A stretch of 64,000 bases of DNA from contig CAVSHO010000009.1 of the NCBI GenBank assembly GCA_963727825.1, positions 320,001 through 384,000 on the forward strand, read 5' to 3'. The position numbers and the translations under genes are program-made. Positions 61,690 through 64,000 of the stretch are shown piece after piece. The DNA is from Ignavibacteriota bacterium (GTDB lineage Bacteria; Bacteroidota; Ignavibacteria; UBA10030). The first letter of the stretch is position 1. The number at the start of each line of letters is the position of its first letter. Below the pieces are notes generated by a model. That model searched no databases. It worked only from the letters and a program-made list of their open reading frames with translations, and was not told where the DNA came from.

Positions 61690-64000
61690 TCAGGAACATC
61701 CTGATGTGCTTCCACACTCCAGACATTTGTAACACGAGCCGCTTCGAATCATAATGCTTCCGCACTCGTGGCATGGAGGTGCATCGGATTGTGTTTCAAA
61801 TACAAATTTCTCGTTCTTCTCCAGCACCGAGGCAGCTTTTGTCGCCGCAGCATTGAGAATCGCACCCGGTTTTTTCGCAGTCTCTGCACTAATTTTTACA
61901 TCGCTCATTGGCGCCTCACCGCGATCCTCTATAAGGAACTTCTTACCAAGCCATCGGAAAATATAATCGCTAACCGACTTTGCAATCGGTATCTCCGGAT
62001 TGTTAGTAAAACCGGATGGTTCATAGCGCGCGTGGCTGAACTTATCCACCAGCACTTTCAGCGGCACACCGTACTGCAGAGCAATCGAAACAGACGTTGC
62101 CAGAGAATCCATTAATCCGGAAATCGTGGAACCCTCTTTAGACATCGTTATGAACAACTCGCCGGGTGATCCGTCTTCAAACATCCCGACGGTGATATAA
62201 CCTTCGTGGCCGGCAATACTGAATTTGTGCGTGATAGATTGGCGTTCATCCGGCAAATGCCGCCGGGCAGGTTTGTTACTTATCTGCAGTTTTTCCTTTT
62301 TCTTGTCGAGTGAAGTACTGAGAGGCTGTGTACGCTTGCATCCGTCGCGGTATACAGCAATAGCTTTTAATCCAAGTCTCCATGCTTCGGTATACGCTTT
62401 CATGATATCTTCTGCATTCACATCGGTCGGCATGTTCACAGTTTTGGAGATCGCACCGGAAAGGAATGGTTGTGATGCCGCCATCATCTTAATATGCCCC
62501 ATATAGGGAATGAAGCGCTTGCCGTTTGCCGGTTTGAATGCGCAGTCAAATACCCGAAGATGTTCTTCCTTCAAATGCGGCGCACCTTCGATTGTGTCGT
62601 TCTTATCGATATAAGAAATAATGTGTTCAATCTGTTCATCGTCGTAGCCCAATTTCGTGAGTGCTTCCGGCACTGTTTGGTTGACGATCTTCATCAATCC
62701 GCCACCGCTCATCTTTTTATACTTCACAAGAGCGATATCAGGTTCAATTCCTGTGGTGTCACAATCCATCATGAACCCGATTGTGCCTGTCGGAGCAAGA
62801 ACTGTCGTTTGCGAATTGCGGATGCCGTGCATTCGTCCAAGTTCAACAACATCTTTCCATACGTTACACTGCGCTTCCCATAGACTTGGTTCTACCGCAT
62901 TCTTATCGATGCGTTCTGCGTGAATGCCATGTTTCGCCATCACGTTCAACATCGGGTCTTTATTTACTGCGAATCCGCTAAACGGTCCTTGTGCTTGAGC
63001 AATCTTAGCAGATTGTTTGTACGCTTCGCCACTCATTAATGATGTGATAGCAGCGGTTAATGTTCTGCCCTCATCGCTATCGTACGCAACACCGCGGGAC
63101 ATCAGCATTGCGCCGAGGTTTGCATACCCGAGTCCGAGCGGGCGATAGTCGTGGCTGTTTTGCGCAATTGCCGGTGTCGGGTAACTCGAGTTATCAACGG
63201 ACATTTCCATTGCGGTAATTGTAACCTGAATAGCTTTTTTAAACGCTTCCACATCGAGATCGCCGTTTGCCCTACGAAACTTCATCAGGTTCAAAGATGC
63301 AAGGTTGCATGCACTGTCATCAAGGAACATGTACTCGCTGCAAGGATTGGATGAATAAATCGGTGCGGTACCGGAACATGTGTGCCAGTTGTTGATCGTT
63401 GTATCAAATTGAATACCCGGGTCGCCACATATCCATGCTGCATCGGCAATTTGTTTCATCAGATCGCGCGCGCGGAATTTTTCTACCGGCATTCCGCCTT
63501 TTACAGCTTTGGTCCAAAATTCCTTATCTTCCAGAACAGCTTTCATGAATTCATCGCTTACACGAATAGAGTGATTGGCGTTTTGATAGAACACAGAATC
63601 ATACGCGCCGCCTGGAACATTGAATCCACCGTCGTAACCCGCATCGATGAGCGCACAAGCTTTTTTCTCTTCTTCCGCTTTACAATTGATGAAACTGATA
63701 ATATCCGGATGGTCGACATTTAATATTACCATCTTTGCAGCGCGGCGTGTCTTGCCACCGGATTTAATCACGCCTGCAAACGCATCGTACCCTTTCATAA
63801 ACGAAACCGGGCCGGATGCAGTACCGCCGCCGGTAATGCGTTCCTTGGAAGAACGAAGTGTCGAAAGATTAGAACCTGTGCCCGAACCGTACTTAAAGAG
63901 CATACCTTCTGTCTTTGCAAGCTCCAGTATGGAGGTCATTGAATCTTTCACTGAATTAATAAAGCAGGCCGAACATTGCGGCATTTTTTCTACACCCACA
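61690..64000 (-). CDS. nrdJ: Class II (adenosylcobalamin-dependent) ribonucleotide reductase, 5' end outside the window
   Basis: PQCSACFI, RRAAKM, SNPCSEY, APTGTI, TSCPD-like domain and C-terminal Zn ribbon. Confidence 0.94.
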   Translation of the reverse strand, partial: VGVEKMPQCSACFINSVKDSMTSILELAKTEGMLFKYGSGTGSNLSTLRSSKERITGGGTASGPVSFMKGYDAFAGVIKSGGKTRRAAKMVILNVDHPDIISFINCKAEEEKKACALIDAGYDGGFNVPGGAYDSVFYQNANHSIRVSDEFMKAVLEDKEFWTKAVKGGMPVEKFRARDLMKQIADAAWICGDPGIQFDTTINNWHTCSGTAPIYSSNPCSEYMFLDDSACNLASLNLMKFRRANGDLDVEAFKKAIQVTITAMEMSVDNSSYPTPAIAQNSHDYRPLGLGYANLGAMLMSRGVAYDSDEGRTLTAAITSLMSGEAYKQSAKIAQAQGPFSGFAVNKDPMLNVMAKHGIHAERIDKNAVEPSLWEAQCNVWKDVVELGRMHGIRNSQTTVLAPTGTIGFMMDCDTTGIEPDIALVKYKKMSGGGLMKIVNQTVPEALTKLGYDDEQIEHIISYIDKNDTIEGAPHLKEEHLRVFDCAFKPANGKRFIPYMGHIKMMAASQPFLSGAISKTVNMPTDVNAEDIMKAYTEAWRLGLKAIAVYRDGCKRTQPLSTSLDKKKEKLQISNKPARRHLPDERQSITHKFSIAGHEGYITVGMFEDGSPGELFITMSKEGSTISGLMDSLATSVSIALQYGVPLKVLVDKFSHARYEPSGFTNNPEIPIAKSVSDYIFRWLGKKFLIEDRGEAPMSDVKISAETAKKPGAILNAAATKAASVLEKNEKFVFETQSDAPPCHECGSIMIRSGSCYKCLECGSTSGCS

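Overview
Bacterial chromosomal window, probably from an Ignavibacteria/Bacteroidota-Chlorobi-type organism (inferred from gene content). It is mostly housekeeping and metabolic genes: dnaG, glnA, pepF, pfp, pgi, coaD, rsmD, dnaJ-grpE-hrcA with a CIRCE-like operator, carA, gdhA and nrdJ. It also holds a TPAT/TRAP transporter, a LiaF/LytS/LytTR module and several two-component genes. Accessory material includes two DNA methyltransferases, mrr, a four-helix-bundle gene, a disrupted REP-associated tyrosine transposase and many REP-like palindromes. The best novelty candidate is an AT-rich cassette at about 60.2-61.6 kb on the minus strand. It consists of a ~290-nt densely structured leader or ncRNA whose closing helices cover the Shine-Dalgarno and AUG of an 80-aa basic/hydrophobic ORF, followed in frame by a divergent retron-like reverse transcriptase with YADN instead of YADD and no NAxxH or VTG motif. 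Second is a nitrogen operon (atypical P-II, porin, APC permease, PP2C phosphatase, Ser/Thr kinase, glutamine synthetase with NRS changed to NQS). Several frameshifts, including in the essential dnaG, suggest assembly indel errors, so single-base anomalies need read-level checking. No rRNA, tRNA or CRISPR array was seen.
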